NCBI GenBank assembly: GCA_965662325.1
Contig: CBFIHW010000002.1
Span: forward strand, 1 to 50,118
Direction of reading: 5' to 3'
Length of the DNA stretch: 50,118 nucleotides
DNA from: an uncultured Pirellulales bacterium
GTDB taxonomy: Bacteria > Planctomycetota > Planctomycetia > Pirellulales > UBA1268
Numbering within the stretch: position 1 is the stretch's first letter; each line of letters starts with the position of its first letter. The translations under genes were made by a program, and so were the position numbers. The notes below the pieces were generated by a model. It was given only the letters and a program-made list of their open reading frames with translations. It was not told the DNA's origin and searched no databases. Positions 26,558-36,121 of the stretch are shown piece after piece.

Positions 26558-29500
26558 ACCATTTCTTTCAAAGACAAATTTTTTCGGTATTTGTGATTCT
26601 CCTGATTTTCGTGTTCAAGGCACCAATTGTTTGCTCGCAAAGCCTAACGAAACACTTTCTGAATCAGACCAGCGAGGCCCTCGCTACTCAAGTAAAAATG
26701 AAGGGGGATCCCATTCGTGGTGGAATTTTATTCCACACATCAACTGCCGGTTGTGCCAAGTGTCACTCTGATGGAAAGTCCCCCTCTCCACTGGGCCCGA
26801 AACTTACCGATATCGATCCTTTAACAGAGGACATGTATCTCATTGAATCTGTTCTTCATCCATCTCGAGTGATTCGTAAGGGATATGAAACTGTTTCAGT
26901 TCTAGTAACCAACGGTCAGATAAAAACGGGAATACTCACATCACAAAATACTAAAGAGATTGTTCTCCGCGAATTGACAGACCTATTACATCCTACGGTT
27001 ATTCCCCAAAGTCAGGTTGATGAGATTGAGAAAACTCCACTATCGATTATGCCACAGGGCCTAGTTGAAAGTCTGCGAAATAAAGGTGAGTTTTATGACA
27101 TCATGCGATATGTCTTTGAAGTTGTTCATGGCGGCCCACATCGTGCTGATGAACTGAGACCAACGCCTGAAGACCTGATTATTCAAGATGACTCAATCGG
27201 ACTTGATCACGCAGGCATTCTTCAAAGCCTTGAAGCACGGGACCTGAAAGCAGGAAAACGAATCTATCTCGGTCATTGCAAAAACTGTCATGGCGAAGAT
27301 GGGAATAAACCTACTTTTGCTCTTGCACGGGCATTTGGTGATCAACCTCTGAAAAATGGCTCTGATCCCTACAGCATGTTCATGACGCTTACCAAGGGAA
27401 GTGGGCTCATGGCCTCAGTGCAATACCTTTCACCAAAAGAGCGATATCAGGTTGTTCACTACATTCGTGAAGCACTGATGAAACCGAGCAATCCACAGTT
27501 CGAAGTCGTTGATTCTTCCTACTTGGCAGGTTTGCCAAAAGGCACGAGCCTTGGTGAACGTGCTGATTTCAATCCTCGTGACTTTGGTCCTGCTCTTGGC
27601 TCTCAAATTGGAACACATGTAAATAATGCACTCACTATCAAGCTAGACGACACAACTACCGCAAGCTATGACCTACACCGCATGAAGCTAGTTGGGATCT
27701 GGGAAAATGGCTTCCTAGATCTAACAGGTACACACCACCACCGTCAGCGTGGTGAACAAATGCCCCAGATAGAAGGTACCTTGTTGCCGGGTCTCGATGG
27801 ATGGCGATGGGCACATGCCGGTTCTTTTGATGCGCCTGATGACATGAAACCGCCTCGTGGACCACTCGACGAGCAATTCATGCGGTACGACGGGTACTCA
27901 CTGTACAACAATGATGTAATCCTGCGTTATGCGATCGAAGGACGATCCATCCTTGAATCATTACAAAACAAACCATCTGATTGCGGTCCCTGCATTGAGC
28001 ATACGCTCCACATTAGCCCTGGAACGCAACCACTCGAATTATCGGTTGCCAAGTTTCACAAGATTGGTAGTGATTCCGGAATCTATGAACTCGATGGTTC
28101 ATCAAAAAAAGGCTTACGAGGACCAGCAAAAGGCCGCTCAGCGATCATCACAGAGATTTCACCAAAAATAAAATCTTTTGTTGAATCAAAACGAGCACGG
28201 GAACTTGATTTGGGTACGACGGAGAGGACTATTCTCATTCAATTCCGAACGACCAAAACAGGAACATTAGTCTCCTCTGCACCTCCAACTGGCAAGTGGG
28301 TGCCAAATGGAAAAACATTATTCCTTCGTGATGATGAGTTGGTTTTTGATATCGGCTGGGTTGGTGCCCTTCGTGGAAAAGCTGATATTCGTAATGGCAA
28401 ATGGCATATCGCGGCAGTCGTTGTCGGCAACGACAAAACACAGCTTTTTGTTGATGGAAAGCTTCTTGCAACGAGAGGAGCTTTCCATCGCCCCTACGTG
28501 AATGGACACGTCTTTAAAATTGGTTCAACTGCAACTGATTTTGGTGGTGATTTCGAAGGTGATATTGGGTGGGTCCGGATTTATCAAGGAAGCTTCTCTG
28601 GTAACGAACTTGCCGACCTTGCAGTCGGAAAGCACGCTCATTCAAAGCAGCTCTTCTTTGAATGGGATTCAGAGGAACCAACAAAGCATGATCAACCATC
28701 CAAGACATCTAACCGAGTAGTTTCACGCGTGTGTGGCGACACTGATGGTCTAGCTTGGGAGGTGCAAAAAGATGGACGACTTGTGCTACACATCCCTGCC
28801 GGTAAGAAAAGCAGGAATATTCAAATTGCTGTGCTTTCGTCAAAAAATACATGCAGAAAATTGCTCCGCGAACTTTCAAACACGGGCAATCAACAGGTGA
28901 TAAGCCTTACAACAAAGCTCTCTGGAAATGCTCGACGATGGCCAGAGACCATTCATCTCCGTGGCCGACAAGGTGCCGACATCAATGGCTATGCACTCGA
29001 CACTATCCCTATTCCGTTTAGTAATCCGTGGAACACATGGATGCGGACAAGTGCTCTTGATTTCTTTCCGGATGGACGTGCCGTTATCACAACACACGGC
29101 GGTGATGTCTATATCGTTTCCGGTATCGATAACTCGTTGAGCAACGTTCAATGGAATCGATTTGCAGCAGGGCTCTTTGAGCCTTTCGGAGTCAAGGTTG
29201 TAGATGAGAAAATATATGTCACATGCCGTGACGGAATCAAACGGCTTCATGACTATAACGGCGATGGTGAAGCTGACTTTATTGAATCATTCTGGAATGA
29301 TGATGATGTCTCATGTGTTTTCCATGGCTACAACTTTAATCTACAAACTGATGACGAGGGAAACTTCTATTTAGCCAAAGCGGGGCAGCACACAAATCAT
29401 CATCGGCCGGGAGCCATCATGAAGGTGCCACCACAGGGCGGAGAGGCTGAAGTTGTTGCCTGGGGTATCCGCACACCTAATGGAATGGGTCGATTAGCCG

Positions 29501-30360
29501 ATGGCCGTTTCACTGTTTCAGACAACCAAGGACCATGGATGCCTGCTGGAAAAATATCTGCCATTCAACCTAATGGTTTTTACGGAAACATGCCAATCAA
29601 TTCTGAACAGGATAGTTGGTTGCGAGAAAAATATGATGGTGAATTACCAGAAGCATTTGATCAGCCATTCATTTGGATGCCCCAAGAACTCGATAGCTCA
29701 TGCGGTGGTCAGGTTTGGGTCGACGACACCCGATTTGGACCACTTTCTGGAAGGCTCATCCATTCGTCTTTTGGAAAGGGCTGGCTGTACTACTTATCAC
29801 TTCAGGATGTTGACGACAAAACACAAGCTGCGATTATCGCATTACCACAGCAATGGGACGCCGGTGTCATGCGGCTGCGTGTGAATCCTGCTGATGGCCA
29901 GCTTTATGGCACAGGTCTGTCGGGCTGGCAGGGTCCAGCTGGTGGAAAAGATGGCTGTTTCCAACGGCTTCGTTATACCGGCAAGCCCTGCCGGATTCTC
30001 GACTCAGTGGCTGTGGTGGACGACGGGATTCAGTTGCATTTCAACTTTCATATAGATCCAGAAAGTACCGACAATGTGAAAAAATGGCATGCTGAGATGT
30101 GGAACTATTTGTGGTCCAGGAAATATGGATCTGATCAGTTTTCAGTACTTCACCCGGGCCAAGAAGGACATGATGAAGTCCGCATTGCAGGTGCTTCGTT
30201 GATTGACCCACAAACAATTTATCTGGATGTTCCAGACATTCGTCCCTGCGATCAATTTCTACTTGAATTTGAGACCCGTGATCAGTCCGGCGAAGCCTTT
30301 TTTGAGAAAGCCTATTTCACAATCCATGCTGTTCCTGATGAGTTTGATAATGGAAATTAA
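26554..30360 (+). CDS. secreted multidomain protein: two c-type haem domains + LamG-like domain + beta-propeller dehydrogenase-like domain
   Basis: The track ORF opens at TTG 26506. ATG 26554 gives the signal peptide MNHFFQRQIFSVFVILLIFVFKAPIVCSQS. Contains CAKCH (26752-26766) within a PVC-type haem-binding domain, and a second CKNCH with a downstream Met. A LamG-like block ends in GDIGWVRIYQGSFSGNELADL. The C-terminal propeller-like region includes FFPDGRAVITTHGGDVYIVSG and LHDYNGDGEADF. Confidence 0.85.
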   Translation: MNHFFQRQIFSVFVILLIFVFKAPIVCSQSLTKHFLNQTSEALATQVKMKGDPIRGGILFHTSTAGCAKCHSDGKSPSPLGPKLTDIDPLTEDMYLIESVLHPSRVIRKGYETVSVLVTNGQIKTGILTSQNTKEIVLRELTDLLHPTVIPQSQVDEIEKTPLSIMPQGLVESLRNKGEFYDIMRYVFEVVHGGPHRADELRPTPEDLIIQDDSIGLDHAGILQSLEARDLKAGKRIYLGHCKNCHGEDGNKPTFALARAFGDQPLKNGSDPYSMFMTLTKGSGLMASVQYLSPKERYQVVHYIREALMKPSNPQFEVVDSSYLAGLPKGTSLGERADFNPRDFGPALGSQIGTHVNNALTIKLDDTTTASYDLHRMKLVGIWENGFLDLTGTHHHRQRGEQMPQIEGTLLPGLDGWRWAHAGSFDAPDDMKPPRGPLDEQFMRYDGYSLYNNDVILRYAIEGRSILESLQNKPSDCGPCIEHTLHISPGTQPLELSVAKFHKIGSDSGIYELDGSSKKGLRGPAKGRSAIITEISPKIKSFVESKRARELDLGTTERTILIQFRTTKTGTLVSSAPPTGKWVPNGKTLFLRDDELVFDIGWVGALRGKADIRNGKWHIAAVVVGNDKTQLFVDGKLLATRGAFHRPYVNGHVFKIGSTATDFGGDFEGDIGWVRIYQGSFSGNELADLAVGKHAHSKQLFFEWDSEEPTKHDQPSKTSNRVVSRVCGDTDGLAWEVQKDGRLVLHIPAGKKSRNIQIAVLSSKNTCRKLLRELSNTGNQQVISLTTKLSGNARRWPETIHLRGRQGADINGYALDTIPIPFSNPWNTWMRTSALDFFPDGRAVITTHGGDVYIVSGIDNSLSNVQWNRFAAGLFEPFGVKVVDEKIYVTCRDGIKRLHDYNGDGEADFIESFWNDDDVSCVFHGYNFNLQTDDEGNFYLAKAGQHTNHHRPGAIMKVPPQGGEAEVVAWGIRTPNGMGRLADGRFTVSDNQGPWMPAGKISAIQPNGFYGNMPINSEQDSWLREKYDGELPEAFDQPFIWMPQELDSSCGGQVWVDDTRFGPLSGRLIHSSFGKGWLYYLSLQDVDDKTQAAIIALPQQWDAGVMRLRVNPADGQLYGTGLSGWQGPAGGKDGCFQRLRYTGKPCRILDSVAVVDDGIQLHFNFHIDPESTDNVKKWHAEMWNYLWSRKYGSDQFSVLHPGQEGHDEVRIAGASLIDPQTIYLDVPDIRPCDQFLLEFETRDQSGEAFFEKAYFTIHAVPDEFDNGN

Positions 30361-30445
30361 CTCAAACGACTCTGCTGAGCAGGAAAATGGTTGCATTTTT
30401 ACCTATGCAATATCGTATCTGGTGATCCAAAACATGCTCTTACTT

Positions 30446-31300
30446 TTAGTACAGAAAAACGCGTGTTGTATCAGCCAACTGGAAAGCTGGCTGGGGTGTA
30501 AACAGCATAACACCAGCGAGTGATCGCACCTCAGCAGACGCGGCACCAAGACGAGACCATTCCTGCCATGTACTCCATCGGGACGTTGCTGGATGCTTGT
30601 GTGCATCACGTGCATGTACCGGCCAGCATTCAACAACATGGCGCCAGAAGTCTTCAAGACAAGAACGCCGTACATGAATAGCATCTAGTCCATACCAAGA
30701 ACCTGGCTGGTCAACAACTGACACCTGATACTTTTTGGCAATACGTACAATGTCTTCATTCACTTGACTTGACTGTTCTTTTATTTCTTCCAGCGATTGT
30801 CGACAACCAGGAACAAAAAATGTCTTTAAAAATTGAAAGCGAAATGGACCGACAGACTGGATGCTCTCAACTGGCAACTTTGTAATAACGATATCGAATT
30901 GTTGCTGGTGAAGTCGATCAATGACTTCTTCAATCCATAGTGCTAACTGTTCCGTCGAAAAGCCATAAAGCAAGTCGTTTCCTATATCTGTGATCACCGC
31001 TAATCTTTGCCTGTTTTTGGAAACTTCTCTACGAAGAATTCGATCTAATGATCTCCAGAGGCCACTCTCAAGAATCGATGGAAGCCTACGATTCCATATG
31101 CGACTATTCGCGCCATACGAACGCCCATGGCCAGCAGCAACTACAAGATCAACGGCAGACGACGAGCAACAGCGAGAGGCGTTTAGAAGTCGTGACAAGC
31201 CTCGAGAAAGATTACTTGCCCCTAAGGCGACAACTAATTTTCTCTCTTCATCGTGAGCTATTGATTCGGAATCTCTGTGCACAGTCAACGCTTCCCTCAA
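30446..31300 (-). CDS. SGNH/GDSL-fold hydrolase-like protein
   Basis: 284 aa. Block I VVALGASNLSRG (Ser retained), block III DIGNDLLYG, block V GLDAIHV (Asp-x-x-His). There is no ATG in the first ~260 codons. TTG 31300 overlaps the stop of the upstream protease gene (TTGA). Confidence 0.65.
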   Translation of the reverse strand: MREALTVHRDSESIAHDEERKLVVALGASNLSRGLSRLLNASRCCSSSAVDLVVAAGHGRSYGANSRIWNRRLPSILESGLWRSLDRILRREVSKNRQRLAVITDIGNDLLYGFSTEQLALWIEEVIDRLHQQQFDIVITKLPVESIQSVGPFRFQFLKTFFVPGCRQSLEEIKEQSSQVNEDIVRIAKKYQVSVVDQPGSWYGLDAIHVRRSCLEDFWRHVVECWPVHARDAHKHPATSRWSTWQEWSRLGAASAEVRSLAGVMLFTPQPAFQLADTTRVFLY

Positions 31301-32088
31301 CCCCGTAGACCACTACTTACAAGCCGTTGGTAACACCCTACACAGAGAACACCAAATAGAAACATGAGATACGTTTCTTGGTGTTGATATGCCCAGACGG
31401 CAACTACTCCGGCAATAAGAAGGCCAAAGAAGCTTGCGATCTGATCAGCAGCAGAAACACCGAGGGCATTCAAGCCTTCTAGGACAATCTGACCACCATC
31501 GAGTGGTTGAACAGGCAATAAATTAAGAATTGCCCACGCAATATTAACAAATAATAAGTGGTAGACCATGAGCCAACCAAGTATGGAAGGAATGGGCTGA
31601 GCCGACAATGAAACTTCCTCCAAAGAATTCCCAACAATTGGTAGTAATCTCAAAAACCCTGGGTCCGGCACTTGATACCCAAGCATCATCACTATAGCTA
31701 TGACAACAGCAGCAAGACCTAGTTGCGCAACTGGCCCCGCTGCAGAAACGATCAGCCGACGTGAAGGACTTCTAAGGGCCGGAGCTGGTATTCCAATTGG
31801 TACCGCCAAGCCACCGAAGTGATACAACACAATGCGTGACGACTGGCCGGATGCCGCAAATGCAAGAGCATGCCCAAGTTCATGTACGAGAATGGAGCAA
31901 AAAACAACAAGAATCCATACACCTAAATAGATTAAGAGTGTTCGGGTGTCGTCACCAGCAAGCGACTGGGCTAAGCCCCAGCCAAGCAGCCCTGCCACTG
32001 GCCAAAACCAACCAGTCACCCGCACCGGAATGCGACCAATGTGAAAGTTAAAGTCAGCGGGTGTCGACTGTGGCTCTACGAGTAGCAT
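31297..32088 (-). CDS. site-2 protease family (peptidase M50) membrane metalloprotease, minimal form
   Basis: 263 aa, polytopic. HELGHALAF (HExxH) and the second S2P motif NLLPVQPLDGG. No PDZ or CBS domain is visible. The start lies 3 nt after the lpxB stop. Confidence 0.8.
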   Translation of the reverse strand: MLLVEPQSTPADFNFHIGRIPVRVTGWFWPVAGLLGWGLAQSLAGDDTRTLLIYLGVWILVVFCSILVHELGHALAFAASGQSSRIVLYHFGGLAVPIGIPAPALRSPSRRLIVSAAGPVAQLGLAAVVIAIVMMLGYQVPDPGFLRLLPIVGNSLEEVSLSAQPIPSILGWLMVYHLLFVNIAWAILNLLPVQPLDGGQIVLEGLNALGVSAADQIASFFGLLIAGVVAVWAYQHQETYLMFLFGVLCVGCYQRLVSSGLRG

Positions 32089-32091
32089 TTT

Positions 32092-33345
32092 TCATGCCGC
32101 CTGTTCAGCATGCTGAGCAGAAATTAAACTGTCATCATTCGATGGATACAAACCATTTGCAGCAATATCGAGTATCACTTTTGCTGCTCGAGATGCAGAG
32201 CCCGGCTGAGCCACTTTGCTTGCAAGCTTTTCCAGTGCAGCCACTGTCCCCTCGTATGACTTTGAGTCTGTGAGCCACTCCACAACGTGGTTAGCAAGTG
32301 CAGAAGAAGAATCGGCAACCGTTAGATACTCTGGGTAAAGCATTTTTGGGTCAGGAGATGGTGGCTGACGGGGCGGCCAGAACACTGGGTTAAGTGGCCC
32401 TATCGGATCTGACATAGCCAAAAGATTTACAAGCGTAAAAGACCTGCAATGCCTCACCCAACTCTGCACAACATAAGCTAGACCAGAGAGTGAAAAAACC
32501 ATAACTGATGGCACTCGAGCAGCTAGTAACTCAAGTGATACTGAACCACTCACACAGACAGCGACAGTTGCCTGAGGAATTATTTCACTTGTTTTGCCTG
32601 CTTCAATAACCAGCTGATCTGGATAAGTTCCTACAGGGTAGCTTCTCATCAGCTCATTGATGTACTTTGCATGACGCTGATGAAGTGCAGCAACAACAAA
32701 CGTTGCGTGAGGAATCTCCTGCTCTACTTTCCTTGCTGCAAGCAGAAGGCTTTTTAGATTTGCTTCAATTTCCTGTCCACGTGAACCAGGCAACAGGAGT
32801 ACCAAAGGCTTTTCTTTTGTCGTTCGATAATTTTTTTCAGGAACATGACGGACATCAAAAAACGGATGGCCCACATACGTGCTGGATACTCCATGCGATA
32901 CAAACCAATCGTGCTCAAAAGGTAGAGCCGACAGAACGTAATCAATCAGGCGACGCATTTTATGAATTCGCCAACTTGCCCATGCCCAAATTTGAGGCGG
33001 ACAGTAAAAAACAACAGGGATACCGTGTCGCTTGGCACGCCAAGCGAGCCACCAATGGAATCCCGGAAAGTCAACGAGCACACACACGTCAGGACGTTCA
33101 TCCAGAAAACTTCTCTCGGCCCGACGTGCTAAATCCACAAAAAAATGAATTTTGGCTAGCACACGAAAAAACCACATTACGGCTAATTGAGTCATATCAG
33201 CAATGAGGTCACAGCCTGCATTTTGCATCTTCGGTCCACCGAGACCGACACAAGCGGCTTCAGGGCATTGATCCTTTATGGACCTGCAGAGAAGGGCCGC
33301 ATGATGATCACCTGATGGTTCACCGGCAGAAAGAAAAACTCGCAT
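32092..33345 (-). CDS. lpxB: lipid-A-disaccharide synthase
   Basis: 417 aa with an ATG start. The N-terminal MRVFLSAGEPSGDHHAALL is the characteristic LpxB opening. GT19-like length and layout. Confidence 0.88.
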   Translation of the reverse strand: MRVFLSAGEPSGDHHAALLCRSIKDQCPEAACVGLGGPKMQNAGCDLIADMTQLAVMWFFRVLAKIHFFVDLARRAERSFLDERPDVCVLVDFPGFHWWLAWRAKRHGIPVVFYCPPQIWAWASWRIHKMRRLIDYVLSALPFEHDWFVSHGVSSTYVGHPFFDVRHVPEKNYRTTKEKPLVLLLPGSRGQEIEANLKSLLLAARKVEQEIPHATFVVAALHQRHAKYINELMRSYPVGTYPDQLVIEAGKTSEIIPQATVAVCVSGSVSLELLAARVPSVMVFSLSGLAYVVQSWVRHCRSFTLVNLLAMSDPIGPLNPVFWPPRQPPSPDPKMLYPEYLTVADSSSALANHVVEWLTDSKSYEGTVAALEKLASKVAQPGSASRAAKVILDIAANGLYPSNDDSLISAQHAEQAA

Positions 33346-33434
33346 ACAATTATCGTGGGTTTAGCCTTTTCGAAGCGGAGAGCACAGTATTTCAGCTACA
33401 ACGATTTTGTTACAGATCAATTTTATTTCATTTT

Positions 33435-34754
33435 TCATAATTTCTGCATGTTGAAATGACTGTTCCGTGGCTCGGGAAGCCCAAACGCAACCAGCGTTCC
33501 AAGGGCAATGCTGGTTGCGCCAGCGAGAAAAAATGGAACACCACCAAGCTCATCAATGCCCCATCCTACGATAGGGGATAAGACAAAAGGTAGAGCCATA
33601 GCTACTCCGACGAGGCTTACATAGCGAGGCTGAAGTTCTACCGTTGGTGCCAGTTCGAGTGCATAATTACTAATGATCCGGAGCATGATTGGATTGAAAC
33701 CGAGTGGTATATAGGCCAGCCAAAACCACTGTACAGCAGTGGATTGAGAAGCCATGCTTAAGGCAGTTACAAAAAGTGGAGTTCCTGTACAACAGCCAAG
33801 CAGCCCAATTATGACCAGGCGATTTCCCCGGTGGTCCGCCAGTGGCCCAACCACGAGGCTCGCAAGACCAGTAGCAATGTTCTGGACAACAATCCACATC
33901 AGCAGGGAACGACTCGTATTTCCAAACTGCTCGCGTGCAAATGCTTGATAATGCGGAAAAAGTATCATAGCTGCTGAGAAAGATGCAGCCACTACTGCAA
34001 GCCGCATAAGTGAACTGTCATGAGAAAGCACCTGCCAGAACGAATGCGGACGGACAATCTCTACGGCCTTATGGGATTCGGTGGTAGATGCATCTTTCGG
34101 TTCTTTAAAAAAAAGAGGAACAATAGCAGCAGCAAAAAAAAAGACACTCGTTGCTGCAAAAATCTTTACAAAGCCATCAGGCTCTTGTAGCCACGGTCCC
34201 AGTGCGACAAATGCCGCAATGATTGCGAATACACTGCCGCTTGTCACACTCAAAACCAAAACTCTTCCTCGGCGTCCAGCAGATATCAAACGGCCTTGCA
34301 GTGTTGCAACAAGTAATTGATTACAACCATTGATTGCTGAAAAAAGACCGTAAGTTACAAGGAAAAAAACAGCAAGGAAGAACGGGTGATCATTGAGGAG
34401 ATGGGACCATGCTACTGACAAGACAGCAAAACAAATGGACAAACCTATTGTTGTTCCAACCAACAGCCATCGAATAGATTTTGTACGTGAAACGAATGGA
34501 GCCACAACCAATGGAAAAAGGCTTGTCCCAATACGGTTTAAGATAGGAAGAAAGCCACGAAGCATTCCAGAGGCAACGCACGCATCGAGAACCGCTGGCA
34601 TGATCACGGTCTCTGTTTTAAAGATCCACCCTATACGAGCAACCACCTGATATGTCACCAGGCAGGCAATATTCCGGGGTTCATGGGCAGCAACTTCGGA
34701 ACGACATGAGGCGTTTTTTCCATTATTTTTCAGTGTTTGTTTAGATGAGATCAT
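33435..34754 (-). CDS. MFS-type transporter (about 12 helices)
   Basis: The ORF opens at TTG 34775; the first ATG is 34754. Hydrophobic periodicity and size fit the major facilitator superfamily. Substrate unknown. Confidence 0.65.
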   Translation of the reverse strand: MISSKQTLKNNGKNASCRSEVAAHEPRNIACLVTYQVVARIGWIFKTETVIMPAVLDACVASGMLRGFLPILNRIGTSLFPLVVAPFVSRTKSIRWLLVGTTIGLSICFAVLSVAWSHLLNDHPFFLAVFFLVTYGLFSAINGCNQLLVATLQGRLISAGRRGRVLVLSVTSGSVFAIIAAFVALGPWLQEPDGFVKIFAATSVFFFAAAIVPLFFKEPKDASTTESHKAVEIVRPHSFWQVLSHDSSLMRLAVVAASFSAAMILFPHYQAFAREQFGNTSRSLLMWIVVQNIATGLASLVVGPLADHRGNRLVIIGLLGCCTGTPLFVTALSMASQSTAVQWFWLAYIPLGFNPIMLRIISNYALELAPTVELQPRYVSLVGVAMALPFVLSPIVGWGIDELGGVPFFLAGATSIALGTLVAFGLPEPRNSHFNMQKL

Positions 34755-34809
34755 CTTCTTCTCAAAGGAGAGCAACCGAATGAAAAATGGTTACACTAGA
34801 GACTTTCAT

Positions 34810-34864
34810 AGTGAGTGCTTTCTAGCCTAGTGCAGACGGCACTCACTGCTCTCTTTTTCTTTTC
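34810..34864 (+). promoter_or_regulatory. 9-bp perfect inverted repeat (agtgagtgc - 20 nt - gcactcact) followed by the T-rich tract tctctttttctttt, ending 7 nt before the lactonase ATG
   Basis: Read directly from the sequence. Located in the divergent MFS/lactonase spacer. It could be an operator, a 5'-UTR structure or an attenuator-like element. Confidence 0.35.
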
Positions 34865-34870
34865 AAACCC

Positions 34871-36121
34871 ATGATAGACATTACTCAATATATCGATCGC
34901 TTTCAGAAACAGGTGTTTTTTTTGCGGACGCGGCGGATCCTCCCTCATATTCTCCTAATCTTCTTATTTTTTTTGCCAACCAATGTTGTTCATGCTGAAC
35001 GCTTTGTCTGGTTTGGCTCCTACACAGGAAAAGCTCCTCGGGGCCAAGGCATCTATGTCTCTCGTTACGACGAAAACACAGGTGACATAAGCCAGCCAGA
35101 ATTAGCGTGCAAAATAAAGAATCCCTCATTCCTCGCCATTCACCCAACGCTTGACGTAGTCTACGCTGTCTCAGAGATTGCCGACCTCAATGGTCAACCA
35201 ACGGGTGGTATCATTAGTTTTACTATTGATATGGAGAATGGTCACCTTACTAAGCAAAGCGAGCAACCATCAAATGGAAAAGGCCCGTGTCATCTTTCAC
35301 TTGATGCACAGGGAAAAGTTATCCTCGCCGCAAACTATGGAAGCGGGAGCACTATTTGCCTGGGACTTGCTGATGATGGAAGCATTCTCCCACTCGTAAC
35401 TCACAAAAAAGGCTCACCTGGTGGATTTATCCAGCACACCGGTAACGGCCCGAATAAAACTCGTCAAGAAACTCCACATGGACACTCTATTTATGCAACA
35501 TCTGATAGCAAGTTCGCCATTAGTTGTGACCTTGGAGCTGATCGAGTATTCGTCCATAAACTTGACGTTTCGGCTGCTTCACTGACGCCTCATACATCGG
35601 CATCCACGCAGCCAGGTGGCGGACCAAGGCACTTCGCGATTCATCCCCGACTACCCTTTGGCTACGCCAACAACGAACTCGACATGACAGTTACTGCTTT
35701 CAGTTTTGATGCTATAACGAGCAGTCTTGAAAAAGTGCAGTCGGTTAGTACGCTTCCTGATTCGGTGCGAGATCGCAACAGGTTTTCAACTGCTGAGATT
35801 GCCATTCATCCATCGGGAAAATTTCTTTACGTGTCAAATCGCGGGCATGATTCGATTTCGCTATTTGGAATCAATGAGAAAAGCGGCACGCTCGTACTAA
35901 AAAGTGTCGAACCGACTCATTGCCAGACACCCCGTCATTTTGTGATTGCTCCTGGTGGCAACCGACTGTATGCGGCGGGGCAAAATTCTGGAACCGTCTC
36001 AGCCTTCACGATTGACCCTATCACCGGCAAGCTATCTTTCACAAACCGCGTCATAAAAGTTCCAAAACCTGTGTGTATCGTTTTCTCTCGCCCACTTTCG
36101 CCTGGACCAGAAAAACCATGA
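34871..36121 (+). CDS. exported lactonase-family 7-bladed beta-propeller protein (6-phosphogluconolactonase/YbhE-like fold)
   Basis: 416 aa. N-terminal hydrophobic signal ILPHILLIFLFFLPTNVVHA. Family-typical strands such as IHPSGKFLYVSNRGHDSISLF and repeated propeller blades. Confidence 0.75.
   Translation: MIDITQYIDRFQKQVFFLRTRRILPHILLIFLFFLPTNVVHAERFVWFGSYTGKAPRGQGIYVSRYDENTGDISQPELACKIKNPSFLAIHPTLDVVYAVSEIADLNGQPTGGIISFTIDMENGHLTKQSEQPSNGKGPCHLSLDAQGKVILAANYGSGSTICLGLADDGSILPLVTHKKGSPGGFIQHTGNGPNKTRQETPHGHSIYATSDSKFAISCDLGADRVFVHKLDVSAASLTPHTSASTQPGGGPRHFAIHPRLPFGYANNELDMTVTAFSFDAITSSLEKVQSVSTLPDSVRDRNRFSTAEIAIHPSGKFLYVSNRGHDSISLFGINEKSGTLVLKSVEPTHCQTPRHFVIAPGGNRLYAAGQNSGTVSAFTIDPITGKLSFTNRVIKVPKPVCIVFSRPLSPGPEKP

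Noticed and set aside
30372-30400. Weak hairpins after the giant gene stop (ctgc-tga-gcag; gaaaatg-gttg-cattttt) as a bidirectional intrinsic terminator.
   Set aside because: The stems are 4 bp or almost entirely A-U, and the U-run is part of the stem rather than trailing it. They are not convincing without term-seq data.
34108-34142. Two A8/T8 homopolymer runs within 35 nt inside the MFS gene, as possible slipped-strand phase-variation sites.
   Set aside because: They encode Phe-rich membrane segments (LFFKEP, VFFFAAA) typical of T-rich hydrophobic coding. Eight-nt runs are short for phase variation, and nothing else suggests contingency behaviour.
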